Shown here: positions 25,501 through 36,289 of the stretch, in pieces
Numbering within the stretch: the stretch's first letter is position 1
Layout of the letters: every line of letters starts with the position of its first letter
Sequence record: MN850590.1
Reading direction: 5' to 3' (one strand)
From: Escherichia phage moha
Length of the DNA: 64,000 bases
The notes under the pieces: generated by a model
What the model was told of the DNA's origin: nothing
The model's input: only the letters and a program-made list of their open reading frames with translations
Database searches by the model: none
Program-made: the position numbers and the translations under genes

Positions 25501-25643
25501 ATTTCCCCGTCTGCCGTTTTAGTCTCAGCGATTTCTACGAAATAGTAGAAATTAGCACCAACGTCATCCCAGCGTATTTGAACTTGGTTAGCGGACAACT
25601 TGGATATTCTGAGACTTGTGACTGCTGGCGCTTTTACTGTCAT
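22545..25643 (-). CDS. 7: baseplate wedge protein gp7
   Basis: 1032-aa ORF, same length as T4 gp7, in the expected position. Confidence 0.9.
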   Translation of the reverse strand: MTVKAPAVTSLRISKLSANQVQIRWDDVGANFYYFVEIAETKTADGEIIPPASYRWINLGYTPNSNWFESSLDPLTSYIIRVSTAAEGFERSDWVYTEIFESFQTNAYTFQHMIEMQLANTFIREKFTNNNMSYVDFNNDTIMAALMNESFQFSPAYADISSIKNFIIGENEYHEIQGSIQQVCHDINRVYLMESEGILYLFERYQPVVKVSNDKGQTWKSVKLFNDRVGYPVSRTVYYQTGYTTYVLGYDKLFYGRKSTDVRWSADDVRFSSQDITFAKIGDQLNLGFDVEIFGNYASLPANVSRIAEAIVCNDDYVYVAARDKVRFIKTSNAPIDSDPLSPTYSERLFEQETFNITGNPKAVCYKMDSVGGKIFALIIGEVVNLNDDPRTTPIVDSADKGVYVLDHDAGTFKRVFGNTEEERRLIEPGYTSMSTDGVELSISSSNFKFLESDIVDDPKTQIKYGLIGAVKYEYPSEWLADKHYHMMAFISTEDSQWESFTPQPMEYYAEPFFSYSRKSGTRCWINNSDKAVVIYSDLLYTKVIENHPLSSSDREVHEYWKDGDCTIVMPNVDFTGFKKYASGMIFYKSSGEIISYYDFSYRVRDNVSIIWKPTNIFLTASLQNQEKDTTWTPVEENGIADPDLRPLLTTMMPESYLLDNTNFEAFCEAYIQYLSDGYGTHYNNLLNLIKNQYPREEHAWEYLWSEIYKRNIYLNAEKRDLVSRFFESRSYDFYSTKGTEASYKFLFKVLYNEDVEIEIESSSGTEYDIIIESDSLTEDLVGQTIYTATGRCNVTYIERSYSKGKLQWTVTIHNLLGRLIQGQEVKAERLPGFEGEIVRGIKGKELSQNNIDYINRGRAYYVMKIKSKLPSSRWKSDVLRFVHPVGFGFIAITLLTMFINTGLTLKHVETIINKYKNYKWDSGLPTKYADRVAKLDPQGNVEFDPITGKAIYEIGPMAGQDYPLPEDYNAENNNSIFQGQLPSERRKLMSPLFDASGTTFSRFRDLVEQRLIDNVGNPRDPVNPPQVKLDE

Positions 25644-27613
25644 TGTGAAATAGGCTCCAAATCTATAGTTAAGTACTGAGGACGTAAGTCGTTTTCGAAT
25701 ACGATTAAAGAACCATCCTTTGTAAAAATAATATCATCTGCAGGGTCGGAATAAAGTTCAATTGTTTGAACTTCAAAACGGTCTGAAGTGAGGTCAATTT
25801 TAGCAATGTTCCAATAAATCGAATCGGCAGGATAATTCACTTCACCAATTGAATAGTATTTGTTTCGTCCGTCAGTAACAGTAAGTTTATTAAAATCATT
25901 ACCTGTATAAGGTTGTATATTTTCGTTTTCAACAACATCACCGTCTGCAAATGGACCAATAATAACTTGACCTATGCCACGATCATTACGGTCAGAAGAT
26001 ACTATGCGAACACCGTATTTAATAGTTTCGTTTGCATTTTCTGGATTAGGTCTGTGCGAATCAAACGAGAATATATTAGATTCCATCGATCTATCTTTAA
26101 TCTGATTATTGTATTTAATACCGGCCTCAGGCGTTTTATAGAAGTTTTGTACTTCGCGAACCATTTGAATAGTAGCTGAAGAACCAATAATAGAAATATC
26201 TGCATCATCGACATAAGTTAGCATTTTAGATTTTGCAAACGATGAGTTAAAAATTTCTACATCTTCAATATAATATCGGTCAATTTTATTAATAATTTGC
26301 CCTTCAAGATATTGTTCTGATTCTTGGAGTTTATTCAACGCGTATGTAACTTTGATATTCATTTTGATAAACAAATAATCAGGCGAAATAACAACAGGTG
26401 TAATAGTCCCTAAGTTATAATCATTCAAATAGTTTTTGATATCATCGCGTTGGACAGAAGTCAAATACAATCCAGATTTAGGCTTAGCAGCAATATATGC
26501 GTACCCTGGTTTAGATGAATCTGTGAATGTTTGAACCGCTTGAATAATAGAACCAAACCGCTCAGAAACGAATGTGTCATAGTCGGAAGCGGTTACACAA
26601 CGTTGTTGAGTTTCGCGTTTAATTGTGCCTAATTCGCGGATACGTTCAATATCTTCAGGGTCACCACCGCCGTCGGCCCCAACAAAGTCTGGGTTATTGC
26701 TAGGGTTCTCATTAATATCGATTACCGTGATATTAGCTAATGTATCAGCATAAGAAAATCCTACAGCACCGTTAGCATCTGCGCCATTAGTAGAAATATA
26801 CTCAATTACGATTTTAGAACCCTGAACAGGTTTAAGGCCACCAATATAGTTAGATGTTAACGCACCTTCTGACGTGTTAATAGAGATTTCGCCTTCACCA
26901 AAATAAAATTCGGTGTTCCCATCAACTGTTTCACGCATATAATAGATTGTTGACGTAGAACCAGCGTGAACCATCGACTTACGAGTCCAGTTAATCCATT
27001 CTGCTCCGTCAACATACAACTTAACCAAATTACGGTCAATATTCTTATCACGAATAATGATAGGTTTTAATCTATCAAATGTTAATTCAGTGCGAACAAT
27101 ACGTCCTTGAGCTAATCGAAGACGTGGAAAATATTGGTTATTTTTATCTTTAACTACAATGACATCTTCGGTAGAAACAAAGTTATACGGGTTAACAGAA
27201 GTATCTTTAGCGTATGCTAAGAAACGAGTGCCACGTGGAATGGTGATATAGTTTCTATTTAATGCATCCGTACATGTGAGCATAATTTCTGTTTGTGCTG
27301 CTGATTTAGATGAAGGCAGATATCCGTTATCTTGAGCCGCTTGTACAACAGAGCTACGCAAGTTTGCAGTGCGCATAAAACTTTCATACACTGCACTATT
27401 ACTGAACTGTTGGATGTAAAGAGTGTTATATGCTAAAAGGTCACACAATACGTTTAAGCGTGAACCTTCAAAATCATAATCAAGAAATTCATTCTGCCCA
27501 TTAAGCCATTCAATAATGTTCTGTTTGATTTCGGCAAATGTGCCCCCGATAAAAATCTCGGGAATAGCATTCGCTGTTCGTGTTAATTGATAATTTACAG
27601 GAGTGTTTGCCAT
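25640..27613 (-). CDS. 6: baseplate wedge protein gp6
   Basis: The ORF track gives 676 aa; the start matching T4 gp6 is the internal Met (MANTPVNYQLTRTA...), giving about 657 aa. Confidence 0.9.
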   Translation of the reverse strand: MANTPVNYQLTRTANAIPEIFIGGTFAEIKQNIIEWLNGQNEFLDYDFEGSRLNVLCDLLAYNTLYIQQFSNSAVYESFMRTANLRSSVVQAAQDNGYLPSSKSAAQTEIMLTCTDALNRNYITIPRGTRFLAYAKDTSVNPYNFVSTEDVIVVKDKNNQYFPRLRLAQGRIVRTELTFDRLKPIIIRDKNIDRNLVKLYVDGAEWINWTRKSMVHAGSTSTIYYMRETVDGNTEFYFGEGEISINTSEGALTSNYIGGLKPVQGSKIVIEYISTNGADANGAVGFSYADTLANITVIDINENPSNNPDFVGADGGGDPEDIERIRELGTIKRETQQRCVTASDYDTFVSERFGSIIQAVQTFTDSSKPGYAYIAAKPKSGLYLTSVQRDDIKNYLNDYNLGTITPVVISPDYLFIKMNIKVTYALNKLQESEQYLEGQIINKIDRYYIEDVEIFNSSFAKSKMLTYVDDADISIIGSSATIQMVREVQNFYKTPEAGIKYNNQIKDRSMESNIFSFDSHRPNPENANETIKYGVRIVSSDRNDRGIGQVIIGPFADGDVVENENIQPYTGNDFNKLTVTDGRNKYYSIGEVNYPADSIYWNIAKIDLTSDRFEVQTIELYSDPADDIIFTKDGSLIVFENDLRPQYLTIDLEPISQ

Positions 27614-27621
27614 TTTAATTC

Positions 27622-27915
27622 CTATTTTATAAAGACTTTTGACGAGGCCTGAGAAACAGTATCCCCGCATGAAATTGGGTCAGCCATTTGAACGGCCTTT
27701 TTACCGGTGACGTATACTTTAGATGTACGAGGTTCAGTAACACCTCCATGAGTCTCGTATGGTTTTTTAATTTCTGTATGAGGTGTTATTTGGTCTCCTG
27801 CCACAAGAACAGGAATACCGCCGGTGAACACTTTAGATTGGGAAGCATTTATTACAGTAGGAGGCCATGCTTCATGACCTGTTGTAACGCACTTGTCGTA
27901 ACTTAAGCCAGACAT
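27622..27915 (-). CDS. 5.4: PAAR-repeat baseplate spike tip protein gp5.4
   Basis: Starting at the internal Met gives 97 aa, the T4 gp5.4 length; cysteine and histidine rich. Confidence 0.75.
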   Translation of the reverse strand: MSGLSYDKCVTTGHEAWPPTVINASQSKVFTGGIPVLVAGDQITPHTEIKKPYETHGGVTEPRTSKVYVTGKKAVQMADPISCGDTVSQASSKVFIK

Positions 27916-27917
27916 TT

Positions 27918-28433
27918 TCACGGCCTCACATAAACATAGTTTCGTAATTGATGAGCCCATTTGCTCCAATTTCCTACTATAGTTTTTGTATAAACCTTAG
28001 TAAGAGTTTTTTGTACTGGAGCCGGTGGAGGTTCTGTACCAGAGTCACTTCTAGAACCGCCTGATGAACTTTCTTCTTGGTAGTTATAAATCATTTCAAC
28101 CGTATAACTAAACACTTTACGAAGATTCTGAGGAGCTCTCCACAAATATAACTGTGTGGACTCATCTTTTGGTAAATCATCCCATGAAGATGCGGTTTCA
28201 AAATCATCATTTAATCGGTATTTCAATGCGTCCGAAGAAAAGCTAAACACACTTTCATATGTTCCATATAAACGATTACCATCTACCGTAATGCCTTGTG
28301 TCGGTTCATAATCTGTTATATTTATTGACACTAAAGTTTCGGTTGTTTCTAACTGTGGAGTAAAAAGGGCGTCTATTGACGCCCCTTCCATGTCTTCTCC
28401 TAAGTCGGTATTTAAAGGAAGTATTTGTGCCAT
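27918..28433 (-). CDS. conserved hypothetical protein in the gene 5.1 position
   Basis: 171-aa ORF between gene 5 and gene 5.4, tightly packed with its neighbours. Confidence 0.55.
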   Translation of the reverse strand: MAQILPLNTDLGEDMEGASIDALFTPQLETTETLVSINITDYEPTQGITVDGNRLYGTYESVFSFSSDALKYRLNDDFETASSWDDLPKDESTQLYLWRAPQNLRKVFSYTVEMIYNYQEESSSGGSRSDSGTEPPPAPVQKTLTKVYTKTIVGNWSKWAHQLRNYVYVRP

Positions 28434-28436
28434 ATA

Positions 28437-30170
28437 TTACCCAATATCAATACGAGATCCGTCAACAGTGTATTGTCCTGAAGCTACTGAGCTCATTGTA
28501 GACATTGTTTCTGCCCAATCCCCGGCAACAGTCATATCAACATTACCATTAACAGTCCATTTAACGTTTCCGTTGACGGTGTAATCATGATTCCCTTCGA
28601 CCTGAGTTTTTGCATCACCTTTAACAAGAATATCTGCATTTCCGTCAACAACTATTTTGATATTACCCTTAACGTAAAGAGTTCCATCGCCTTCAACAGT
28701 TTTAGATTGATTACCACGAATAAAGATTGTGTCATTGCCGTCTATTTGATGGAGGCGGTCTGCCATGTTATAATATATTTCATTAGCACCAACGTTAACA
28801 AGCTTATCGCCAGAAATCAAAAAGTTCCCATCGCCATTAGTGATGTCAAAAAGGTCTTCTACAGTTTTACGAGTACGACGCCCAGACGGAGAAACTTCCT
28901 CATATGACCCTGTTGGATGAACTAAGCGATAACGTTCATTACCTGGAGTATCGTCAAATTCTTGGATATGACCGCTTTCTGTTTCCATAGCATGAACGTA
29001 TGGATACTCACCACGATAACTTGATTCCGGTTCTTTAAAAAGGATGCGTGAATCTAATGGAACAGGAGGACCAGCTGGGTCTTCTGGATCGGTATTTCTA
29101 GTAACTAAATCGGCACCAACTCCTGGTGAAGGCGGCGTTTTAACAGGAACACCATATGATTCCATGTTACCGGTTAAAATAATTGTTGTTACACGTGAAG
29201 CGCGTCCTTTAGTCTGTTGGAACCATAATGAATCGCGTCCAGATTTGTATGCAGTTTTCCAATCGCCTGCGGCCATTGCTTTAAGCATAGTATTGAATTT
29301 TGCTACACCACCAACGCCCATTTGGAAACACATGTTTTCTAATGCCATTTGACGAGACCTGTTCATTTTAGCATAAACAGGACCTACTTTAGAATTAGAA
29401 CGAATGTCTTTCTGCATCTTAGCAAGGTCTTTCTCAAATAACGCTGTTGCTTCTTCTAATGTAATAGTTCCCGGATTTCCTGTTACTTCACGCCCTACTT
29501 GATCGGATAACAATTTATTAATTCGAGACATATCTCGGGTCTTTTCCATTACGATAAGGTGCCCAATACCTACGGTAGGATATCCGAGATGGTCCCAATA
29601 CACTTTATCACGAAGACCTTCGTCACGACGTAACATTTCTGTTATTGTAAAATTAGGGTCATCATCTTCTGGAATATTTGCTAAATCTGTATCATCTGGG
29701 TTTATACCATAATCCAAGTTGTTATCTTGAATTACGTTAGAGTTTGAATAATAACCAGCTTCACCACCTTGGTTTAATACGTTCGTATCATTACCTAAAC
29801 GTCGTGGATACTGGCCTGTCGGGTCTGAAAAACCTTCAAGTCTATTAGGCTTTTCACGTACGATTCCACCGTATGTACCAAGTACAATCCCGTTTGTTTT
29901 CCATTTGTCTAAGAAATGACCATATACTCGAGTTCCTTCAACAGGACCTGTAACAGAACCACCAATACCTGACATTGATGCAGACGTAATAGGTTGAATA
30001 ACAGTCATCCATGGAAGTTTTTCTGTAGGAATACCTTGTACATCACCTTGTGCTCTCTGTGCCGGATGAAGTCCAACGACTCGAACTCGAACTCGCCCTT
30101 GTTTTAATGGGTCCATTCTGTCCTCGACAACACCCACGAACCAATTAAGGCTACTGCTAATCATTTCCAT
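28437..30170 (-). CDS. 5: baseplate hub / tail-associated lysozyme gp5
   Basis: 577-aa ORF (T4 gp5 is 575 aa) with a central lysozyme-like region and a C-terminal beta-helix repeat region. Confidence 0.93.
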   Translation of the reverse strand: MEMISSSLNWFVGVVEDRMDPLKQGRVRVRVVGLHPAQRAQGDVQGIPTEKLPWMTVIQPITSASMSGIGGSVTGPVEGTRVYGHFLDKWKTNGIVLGTYGGIVREKPNRLEGFSDPTGQYPRRLGNDTNVLNQGGEAGYYSNSNVIQDNNLDYGINPDDTDLANIPEDDDPNFTITEMLRRDEGLRDKVYWDHLGYPTVGIGHLIVMEKTRDMSRINKLLSDQVGREVTGNPGTITLEEATALFEKDLAKMQKDIRSNSKVGPVYAKMNRSRQMALENMCFQMGVGGVAKFNTMLKAMAAGDWKTAYKSGRDSLWFQQTKGRASRVTTIILTGNMESYGVPVKTPPSPGVGADLVTRNTDPEDPAGPPVPLDSRILFKEPESSYRGEYPYVHAMETESGHIQEFDDTPGNERYRLVHPTGSYEEVSPSGRRTRKTVEDLFDITNGDGNFLISGDKLVNVGANEIYYNMADRLHQIDGNDTIFIRGNQSKTVEGDGTLYVKGNIKIVVDGNADILVKGDAKTQVEGNHDYTVNGNVKWTVNGNVDMTVAGDWAETMSTMSSVASGQYTVDGSRIDIG

Positions 30171-30745
30171 TATGCAATCTCCATCTCACGAATCAAATCA
30201 GTAATAAACGAGTTTATATCTTCTTTTGCAACAATTTTTATTTTACGAAGTTTTTCATTATCTAATACTGCCGCTTCATAAATATCTACTGCAGCTAAAG
30301 GTCCTTTATATTGCGGATACTTACGAGCTTCATCACCTTTATCGTACCACACTAAAGGCTCATCAGGATATGAAACTAAATTGTAAAATTTCTCACGGTT
30401 CTCGTTAATATGATAAAGAATTTGGTCTCCACCAGCATTTGCATATTTCTGAATAGAAGCTTGATACGCTGCTTCCTGAGATGTAATCCAACCATAATAC
30501 GGGTCGTAGTTATCGTTGCACATCAAAAGAACCCAGTATAATTGCGGGTTGCCATAAATGATATTCGCTAGTTCTTCAGGACGTGGAGAGCCTTTAATGT
30601 AATAAGAACGTAATCTATAATTGGCAGCAACACGCTTAAAGTACTCTTTATAGTTACGAAATATGTCTGTCATAGGAATAGTAGGTGCATTCTTATCAAC
30701 TGTTTTAGCACTATATCCTATTGGGTCGAAGAATGTAAATAACAA
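30170..30745 (-). CDS. 53: baseplate wedge protein gp53
   Basis: 191-aa ORF (T4 gp53 is 196 aa), immediately upstream of gene 5 on the same strand. Confidence 0.85.
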   Translation of the reverse strand: MLFTFFDPIGYSAKTVDKNAPTIPMTDIFRNYKEYFKRVAANYRLRSYYIKGSPRPEELANIIYGNPQLYWVLLMCNDNYDPYYGWITSQEAAYQASIQKYANAGGDQILYHINENREKFYNLVSYPDEPLVWYDKGDEARKYPQYKGPLAAVDIYEAAVLDNEKLRKIKIVAKEDINSFITDLIREMEIA

Positions 30746-30772
30746 GATAGTCTCCTTCCAATATGAAATTGG

Positions 30773-30780
30773 TATAAATA
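30773..30780 (+). promoter_or_regulatory. late promoter (TATAAATA) for gene 4
   Basis: TATAAATA 27 nt upstream of the gene 4 ATG. Confidence 0.6.
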
Positions 30781-30787
30781 ATAATAC

Positions 30788-30795
30788 TATTTATA
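30788..30795 (-). promoter_or_regulatory. late promoter (TATAAATA) for gene 53, divergent from the gene 4 promoter
   Basis: Plus strand TATTTATA 43 nt upstream of the gene 53 ATG. Confidence 0.5.
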
Positions 30796-30806
30796 AGGAG
30801 GACAAC

Positions 30807-31256
30807 ATGGCCTACTCTGGTAAATGGGTCCCAAAAAATTTAAAAAAATACCGTGGAGACCATACCAAAATAACGTATCGTTCAAACTGGGAAAAATTCT
30901 TTTTCGAATGGTTGGATAAAAATCCAGAAATTATTGCATGGGGTAGTGAAACAGCAGTAATTCCATATTTTTGTAATGCTGAAGGTAAGAAACGTCGATA
31001 CTATATGGACATATGGATGAAAGATACATCAGGTCAAGAGTTCTTTGTAGAAATAAAACCAAAGAAAGAAACTCAGCCACCTATTAAACCGGTGAATCTT
31101 ACAACTGCGGCTAAGAAACGTTATATGAATGAAATCTACACGTGGTCTGTGAACTGTGACAAATGGAAAGCTGCCTCAGCTGTTGCTGAAAAGAGAAATA
31201 TAAAATTTCGAGTTCTAACCGAAGATGGTCTTAGAAAACTCGGATACAAGGGGTAA
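30807..31256 (+). CDS. 4: head completion protein gp4
   Basis: Start taken at the ATG after a GGAGG Shine-Dalgarno, giving 149 aa (T4 gp4 is 150 aa); divergent from gene 53 as in T4. Confidence 0.85.
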   Translation: MAYSGKWVPKNLKKYRGDHTKITYRSNWEKFFFEWLDKNPEIIAWGSETAVIPYFCNAEGKKRRYYMDIWMKDTSGQEFFVEIKPKKETQPPIKPVNLTTAAKKRYMNEIYTWSVNCDKWKAASAVAEKRNIKFRVLTEDGLRKLGYKG

Positions 31257-31258
31257 TT

Positions 31259-32080
31259 ATGAGCATATTCCAAATTATATCTGAAGGCGTACAAGCCCCT
31301 AAGATTGCTCAGTCTATGAATGAAAGAAAATGGATTGAGATAGGATTAGAATACAAGAAAGCTAAAGAGAAAGGAATCACTGCAAAAGCATTTGCAGAAT
31401 CAAAAGGAATAAAATACTCGTCGTTTACATCTGCAATGTCTAGATATGCATCATCTATTAAGACTGCACAGAAAATTGAAACGCTTGAATCTAAACCTAA
31501 AAATAAACTCAATAAGCAAGAACGTCAACTTCTGATGATAAACTCGTTTCGCAGTTCAATACGAGAAAAGATTAGAAATGAAGGCGCAGCAGTAAACAAC
31601 AAATCATCTAAGTGGTTTGTTGAAACAATTAAGAAAAGTGTAAAAGGTCATAAAGTAGTCAAGCCTACGCCAGGCAAAATTTATACTTACGTGTATGATG
31701 CTAAACATAAAGATACTCTGCCGTATTGGGACAGATATCCTTTGATTATTTATTTAGGATTAGGTAAACATAATTTGATGTATGGGTTAAACTTGCACTA
31801 TATCCCACCTAAAGCACGACAACAGTTTCTTGAAGAATTGCTGAAGCAATATGCTAGCACAACCACTATTACTAATAACACAAAGTTGAAGATAGACTGG
31901 AGCAAGGTGAAAGGATTTCAAGGTGCTGACAAAATGATTAAAGCATACCTGCCAGGCCACATTAGAGGAACAATAACAGAAATAGCTCCTAAAGACTGGG
32001 CTAACATAATCATGTTACCTACTCAGCAGTTTATGTCAAAAGGAAAACGTTTCTCTGCGAATACTGTTTGGAAATCTTAA
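31259..32080 (+). CDS. 2: DNA end protector protein gp2
   Basis: 273-aa basic ORF (T4 gp2 is 274 aa); synteny 4-2-3-1. Confidence 0.75.
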   Translation: MSIFQIISEGVQAPKIAQSMNERKWIEIGLEYKKAKEKGITAKAFAESKGIKYSSFTSAMSRYASSIKTAQKIETLESKPKNKLNKQERQLLMINSFRSSIREKIRNEGAAVNNKSSKWFVETIKKSVKGHKVVKPTPGKIYTYVYDAKHKDTLPYWDRYPLIIYLGLGKHNLMYGLNLHYIPPKARQQFLEELLKQYASTTTITNNTKLKIDWSKVKGFQGADKMIKAYLPGHIRGTITEIAPKDWANIIMLPTQQFMSKGKRFSANTVWKS

Positions 32081-32182
32081 TTCTATTCTCTTCCGCTCTT
32101 CCGATATTCTGTTAAACCGGATTAATGGAAGAGACCTAAAACCATTATACTGCATTTTTATTAAAGCGTTTTTGAGGTGCTT

Positions 32183-32767
32183 ATGACTCGTCCAGCGAGA
32201 CAGATTTTTAACCAAACAAATATAACAAACTTTGTTGTGGATATCCCAGATAGTACACGAACTTCAGGTTTTGTGCTCAATGCCCAAACGGCTCCATTAC
32301 CAGGTGTGAGAATTCCTGTTGTTGAAACTGTGACGGGCACAATGGGGTTAGGACGTGCAATGCGCGCAGGCACTACATTTGAATATGACCCTTTTATTGT
32401 ACGCTTTATAGTTGATGAAGACATGACGTCCTGGATGAACATGTATAAATGGATGCTCAGCACTAATAACTATATAACCGGTCATAATACAGCCCACTCC
32501 GATGGTCCTGAGTTTGTTACTTTGCACATTTTAAACAACAATAAGACTGAAGTAGTTTTGACGGCGAATTTCTATAAACCATGGATTTCTGATTTGAGTG
32601 AAATTGAATTTAGTTACACTGAAGACTCTGACCCTGCCGTTACATGCGTAGCAACTATTCACTTCGCGTATATGACGATAGAAAAGGATGGTGAAGTCAT
32701 TGTATCTCAACAACCACGTCAAGCAGTCGAATCTAAATCCATTTCTAGACACCCTTCCTTGCGTTAA
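32183..32767 (+). CDS. 3: tail tube terminator / tail completion protein gp3
   Basis: 194-aa ORF between genes 2 and 1; start taken at the ATG after the GAGGTG Shine-Dalgarno. Confidence 0.7.
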   Translation: MTRPARQIFNQTNITNFVVDIPDSTRTSGFVLNAQTAPLPGVRIPVVETVTGTMGLGRAMRAGTTFEYDPFIVRFIVDEDMTSWMNMYKWMLSTNNYITGHNTAHSDGPEFVTLHILNNNKTEVVLTANFYKPWISDLSEIEFSYTEDSDPAVTCVATIHFAYMTIEKDGEVIVSQQPRQAVESKSISRHPSLR

Positions 32768-32784
32768 TCGCTTCTAGCTCCGTA

Positions 32785-32793
32785 TGTTATAAT
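32785..32793 (+). promoter_or_regulatory. extended -10 promoter element (TGTTATAAT) upstream of gene 1
   Basis: Exact TGnTATAAT 28 nt upstream of the gene 1 ATG. Confidence 0.45.
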
Positions 32794-32820
32794 CACTCAT
32801 AAATTATATGAGGAAAACCT

Positions 32821-33555
32821 ATGGAGCTAATCTTTTTAAGTGGCATCAAACGTAGTGGCAAAGATACTACTGCTGATTACATCAATTCAAACTTTAAATC
32901 TGTAAAATATCAATTAGCATATCCGATTAAAGACGCTCTAGCAATAGCCTGGGGGCGTAAACATGCTGAAAATCCTGATGTATTCACAGAGTTGAAATAC
33001 GAATACTTTGAAGGCATTGGATACGACCGTGAAACACCATTAAATCTCAATAAGTTGGATGTTATTGAATTATTGGAAGAAGCGCTAATTTATTTGCAAA
33101 GTCAATATTTACCGATTAATAATGTTAAAGTATTATCATCGTTAGAAGGTGGATATTCGTATCTAGATATTAAACCATATGAAGCCCTGCGTGAAGCTAT
33201 AAATAATATCAACGACACATGGTCAATCCGCCGTCTTATGCAAGCCCTCGGTACGGATGTTGTCGTTAATTTATTTGACCGTATGTATTGGGTTAAACTT
33301 TTTGCATTAAACTATATGGATTATATTGGAAGTGATTTCGATTACTATGTTGTAACCGATACACGCCAAGTCCATGAAATGGAAACCGCTAGAGCGATGG
33401 GTGCTACAGTTATTCATGTGGTTCGCTCTGGTACGGAATCCACCGATAAACATATTACAGAAGCTGGGTTGCCTATTGAAGAAGGCGATTTAGTTATTAC
33501 AAACGACGGCTCTTTAGAAGAGCTTTATTCTAAAATTGAAACAATCTTAAGGTAA
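32821..33555 (+). CDS. 1: deoxynucleoside monophosphate kinase gp1
   Basis: 244-aa ORF with an N-terminal P-loop (FLSGIKRSGKDT); recognisable as T4 gp1. Confidence 0.9.
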   Translation: MELIFLSGIKRSGKDTTADYINSNFKSVKYQLAYPIKDALAIAWGRKHAENPDVFTELKYEYFEGIGYDRETPLNLNKLDVIELLEEALIYLQSQYLPINNVKVLSSLEGGYSYLDIKPYEALREAINNINDTWSIRRLMQALGTDVVVNLFDRMYWVKLFALNYMDYIGSDFDYYVVTDTRQVHEMETARAMGATVIHVVRSGTESTDKHITEAGLPIEEGDLVITNDGSLEELYSKIETILR

Positions 33556-33559
33556 TAAA

Positions 33560-34245
<686 letters not shown>

Positions 34246-34258
34246 TTTTAACAAAACA

Positions 34259-34294
34259 GTTTACATAAGGATGATGGTGTGTTACTATCATCCT
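34259..34294 (+). promoter_or_regulatory. early-type promoter with the -10 region embedded in an inverted repeat
   Basis: GTTTAC at 34259-34264, TGTTACTAT -10, flanked by the 8-bp inverted repeat AGGATGAT / ATCATCCT. Confidence 0.55.
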
Positions 34295-34322
34295 ATCAAA
34301 TAAACAGCCTCAAGGAAATAAA

Positions 34323-34610
34323 ATGAAAACCTATAAAGAATTTATATCACCTGTTGCTAACGTTTCTACTCTGACCGAAGCAACCCTTACTTCCGAAGTT
34401 ATTAAAGCAAATAAAGGACGTGAGGGTAAACCAATGATTAGCCTGGTTGACGGCGAAGAAGTAAAAGGTACTGTTTACTTAGGGGATGGATGGTCTGCTA
34501 AGAAAGACGGCGCTACTATTGTTATCTCTCCGGCCGAAGAGACCGCACTGTTTAAAGCTAAGCATATTTCTGTAGCTCAGCTTAAAATTATTGCAAAAAC
34601 TCTTCTGTAA
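34323..34610 (+). CDS. ipI: internal protein I-like protein with capsid-targeting leader
   Basis: 95-aa ORF starting MKTYKEFI..., matching the T4 internal-protein leader MKTYQEFIAE; position between 57B and the tRNAs as for T4 ipI. Confidence 0.7.
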   Translation: MKTYKEFISPVANVSTLTEATLTSEVIKANKGREGKPMISLVDGEEVKGTVYLGDGWSAKKDGATIVISPAEETALFKAKHISVAQLKIIAKTLL

Positions 34611-34613
34611 GTA

Positions 34614-34652
34614 GTTTACATCTTGATAGGACTATGTTATAGTAGTCCTATC
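34614..34652 (+). promoter_or_regulatory. promoter-early stem-loop (PeSL-type) cassette, copy 1
   Basis: GTTTAC, spacer, then GATAGGACTA-tgttatag-TAGTCCTATC: a perfect 10-bp inverted repeat around the TG-t-TATAGT -10. Confidence 0.65.
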
Positions 34653-34680
34653 AAAACAAATGAGTAAATGGAGAAATAAA

Positions 34681-34866
34681 ATGAAACGCGCTGAACTGAT
34701 TCGTAATGTTGCTGTAGTAATTGCTTCAATGGCTTTTAGTTTTTCGATGTTTGTAGGATTCATTTGCGGACTACTGACAACAACTGAAAATTCTATCTCA
34801 TTGGTAGTAGCATTTCTAATCGGTTTAATCGCTATCGTTATGGATAAAATTGCAAAAGGTGAGTAA
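34681..34866 (+). CDS. small membrane protein (61 aa, hydrophobic)
   Basis: ATG after a GGAG in the conserved leader; the ORF track start (34660) is probably upstream of the real one. Confidence 0.5.
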   Translation: MKRAELIRNVAVVIASMAFSFSMFVGFICGLLTTTENSISLVVAFLIGLIAIVMDKIAKGE

Positions 34867-34867
34867 A

Positions 34868-35230
34868 ATGAAATATCACGTATATGCGGATTTTGAAGCA
34901 AATCCTTCTAAAGACCCTGATTGTCGTTTGATACGCAAACCATTTGATTCAGCAGCTCAAGCATGGACTTGGATTAAATCTAAATCGCCTGGTTATATGT
35001 TCTTTGAAGTAGTCGATGACAATGGTACACTGCATCCAGAACCTACAGAAACTATTAATTTCCTTCTGTTTGCTGGTTACGACTGTTATCCTCTTGGCGG
35101 TATTGATGATCTTGTTGCTACAGGAAAAACTGTTGAGGCTCTTCGCGAAATTTATAAAAACGCAGAAGAAAATTTTGACTGGTATCATATTGTTGATGCT
35201 CACACCTTTGAAGTGGTGGAACATTCATGA
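34868..35230 (+). CDS. hypothetical protein (120 aa)
   Basis: ORF with start coupled to the upstream stop. Confidence 0.5.
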   Translation: MKYHVYADFEANPSKDPDCRLIRKPFDSAAQAWTWIKSKSPGYMFFEVVDDNGTLHPEPTETINFLLFAGYDCYPLGGIDDLVATGKTVEALREIYKNAEENFDWYHIVDAHTFEVVEHS

Positions 35231-35517
35231 TTCTTTATGCTAAGGTAAAATCCGTTGAGAATGGATATGAAAGCGACCGAGCTGCAGCTAAAGCACTAGT
35301 CGATTACTATGGTATTTTGACCCACTTTGAAGTTGAAAAGGTTTACGTCGACCGTTCATCTTCACAGGTTAAATTACTTTGGGAAGACCGCAAATTTAAT
35401 AGTGTGAACTTTGATTTCTTTATTGAAACAGAAAAAGGTCCTCTTGAATATGATATTTTCAAGAATCCTTTGAAATTACGTTGCATTGAATATAATTACA
35501 TTAATATGGTACGGTGA
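35227..35517 (+). CDS. hypothetical protein (96 aa)
   Basis: ORF with ATGA overlap to the upstream gene. Confidence 0.5.
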   Translation: MILYAKVKSVENGYESDRAAAKALVDYYGILTHFEVEKVYVDRSSSQVKLLWEDRKFNSVNFDFFIETEKGPLEYDIFKNPLKLRCIEYNYINMVR

Positions 35518-35521
35518 GTAA

Positions 35522-36037
35522 ATGAATATTTGTTTAGGCAGTACAATTCCTAAGGGTTACGTAATTGATGTCACTACTTGGGAAAATGACGGCGACAACT
35601 ATAAAACTAAAACGTTGTTTGGTGTAGAAGAGCATGAGCTCCAACAGTTTAAATATCTTTTGAAGAAATTTAAGAGCCGTCATTCCAGCACTAAAGCTGA
35701 ACGTTACTGTGGTAATACACTATTCAGTGATTGTTCGCTTTTAATCTATGAATACTTGGTTGAAGGATTGTTCTCAGACCAGCTTTATCCAGAATTCATT
35801 AAAAAGGTCTTTGATATTGAAGTCGACCTTGGTAATAAATCTGAAGAAGACGAATCGCGTGTATTTGACCTGTTCCATGAGAATGGATATTTAGTATCAG
35901 AAGGTCTCATTGATATTCTTGGTCATGCTTCTGAATATTATGATTATGATTTCTTGCGTGTAGTTGAATGTGTTGAATTTGCTTATATTGAAGAAGAAAT
36001 CGTTTTGCCGACTGTTAAAATGATTGATTTGCTTTAA
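35522..36037 (+). CDS. hypothetical acidic protein (171 aa)
   Basis: ORF in the co-directional early cluster. Confidence 0.55.
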   Translation: MNICLGSTIPKGYVIDVTTWENDGDNYKTKTLFGVEEHELQQFKYLLKKFKSRHSSTKAERYCGNTLFSDCSLLIYEYLVEGLFSDQLYPEFIKKVFDIEVDLGNKSEEDESRVFDLFHENGYLVSEGLIDILGHASEYYDYDFLRVVECVEFAYIEEEIVLPTVKMIDLL

Positions 36038-36116
36038 GAATTATGTGTTATTATTAATTCATACCCTCTATTACCAAAGGTGCTCTAAAGTGCCTTTCAT
36101 AATAGAAAGTTATTTA

Positions 36117-36191
36117 GGCCCTGTAGCTCAATGGGAGAGCTGTCAGCTCATAACTGATAGGTAGCTGGATCGAAACCAGCCAGGGTCACCA
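36117..36191 (+). tRNA. tRNA with CAT anticodon (Met, or Ile2 if C34 is lysidinylated)
   Basis: Manual fold: acceptor GGCCCTG/CAGGGTC, D-stem GCTC/GAGC, anticodon stem GTCAG/CTGAT with loop CT-CAT-AA, T-stem GCTGG/CCAGC, discriminator A and encoded CCA. Confidence 0.8.
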
Positions 36192-36194
36192 ATC

Positions 36195-36271
<77 letters not shown>

Positions 36272-36289
36272 ACTTTAAGTGAGGAAAAT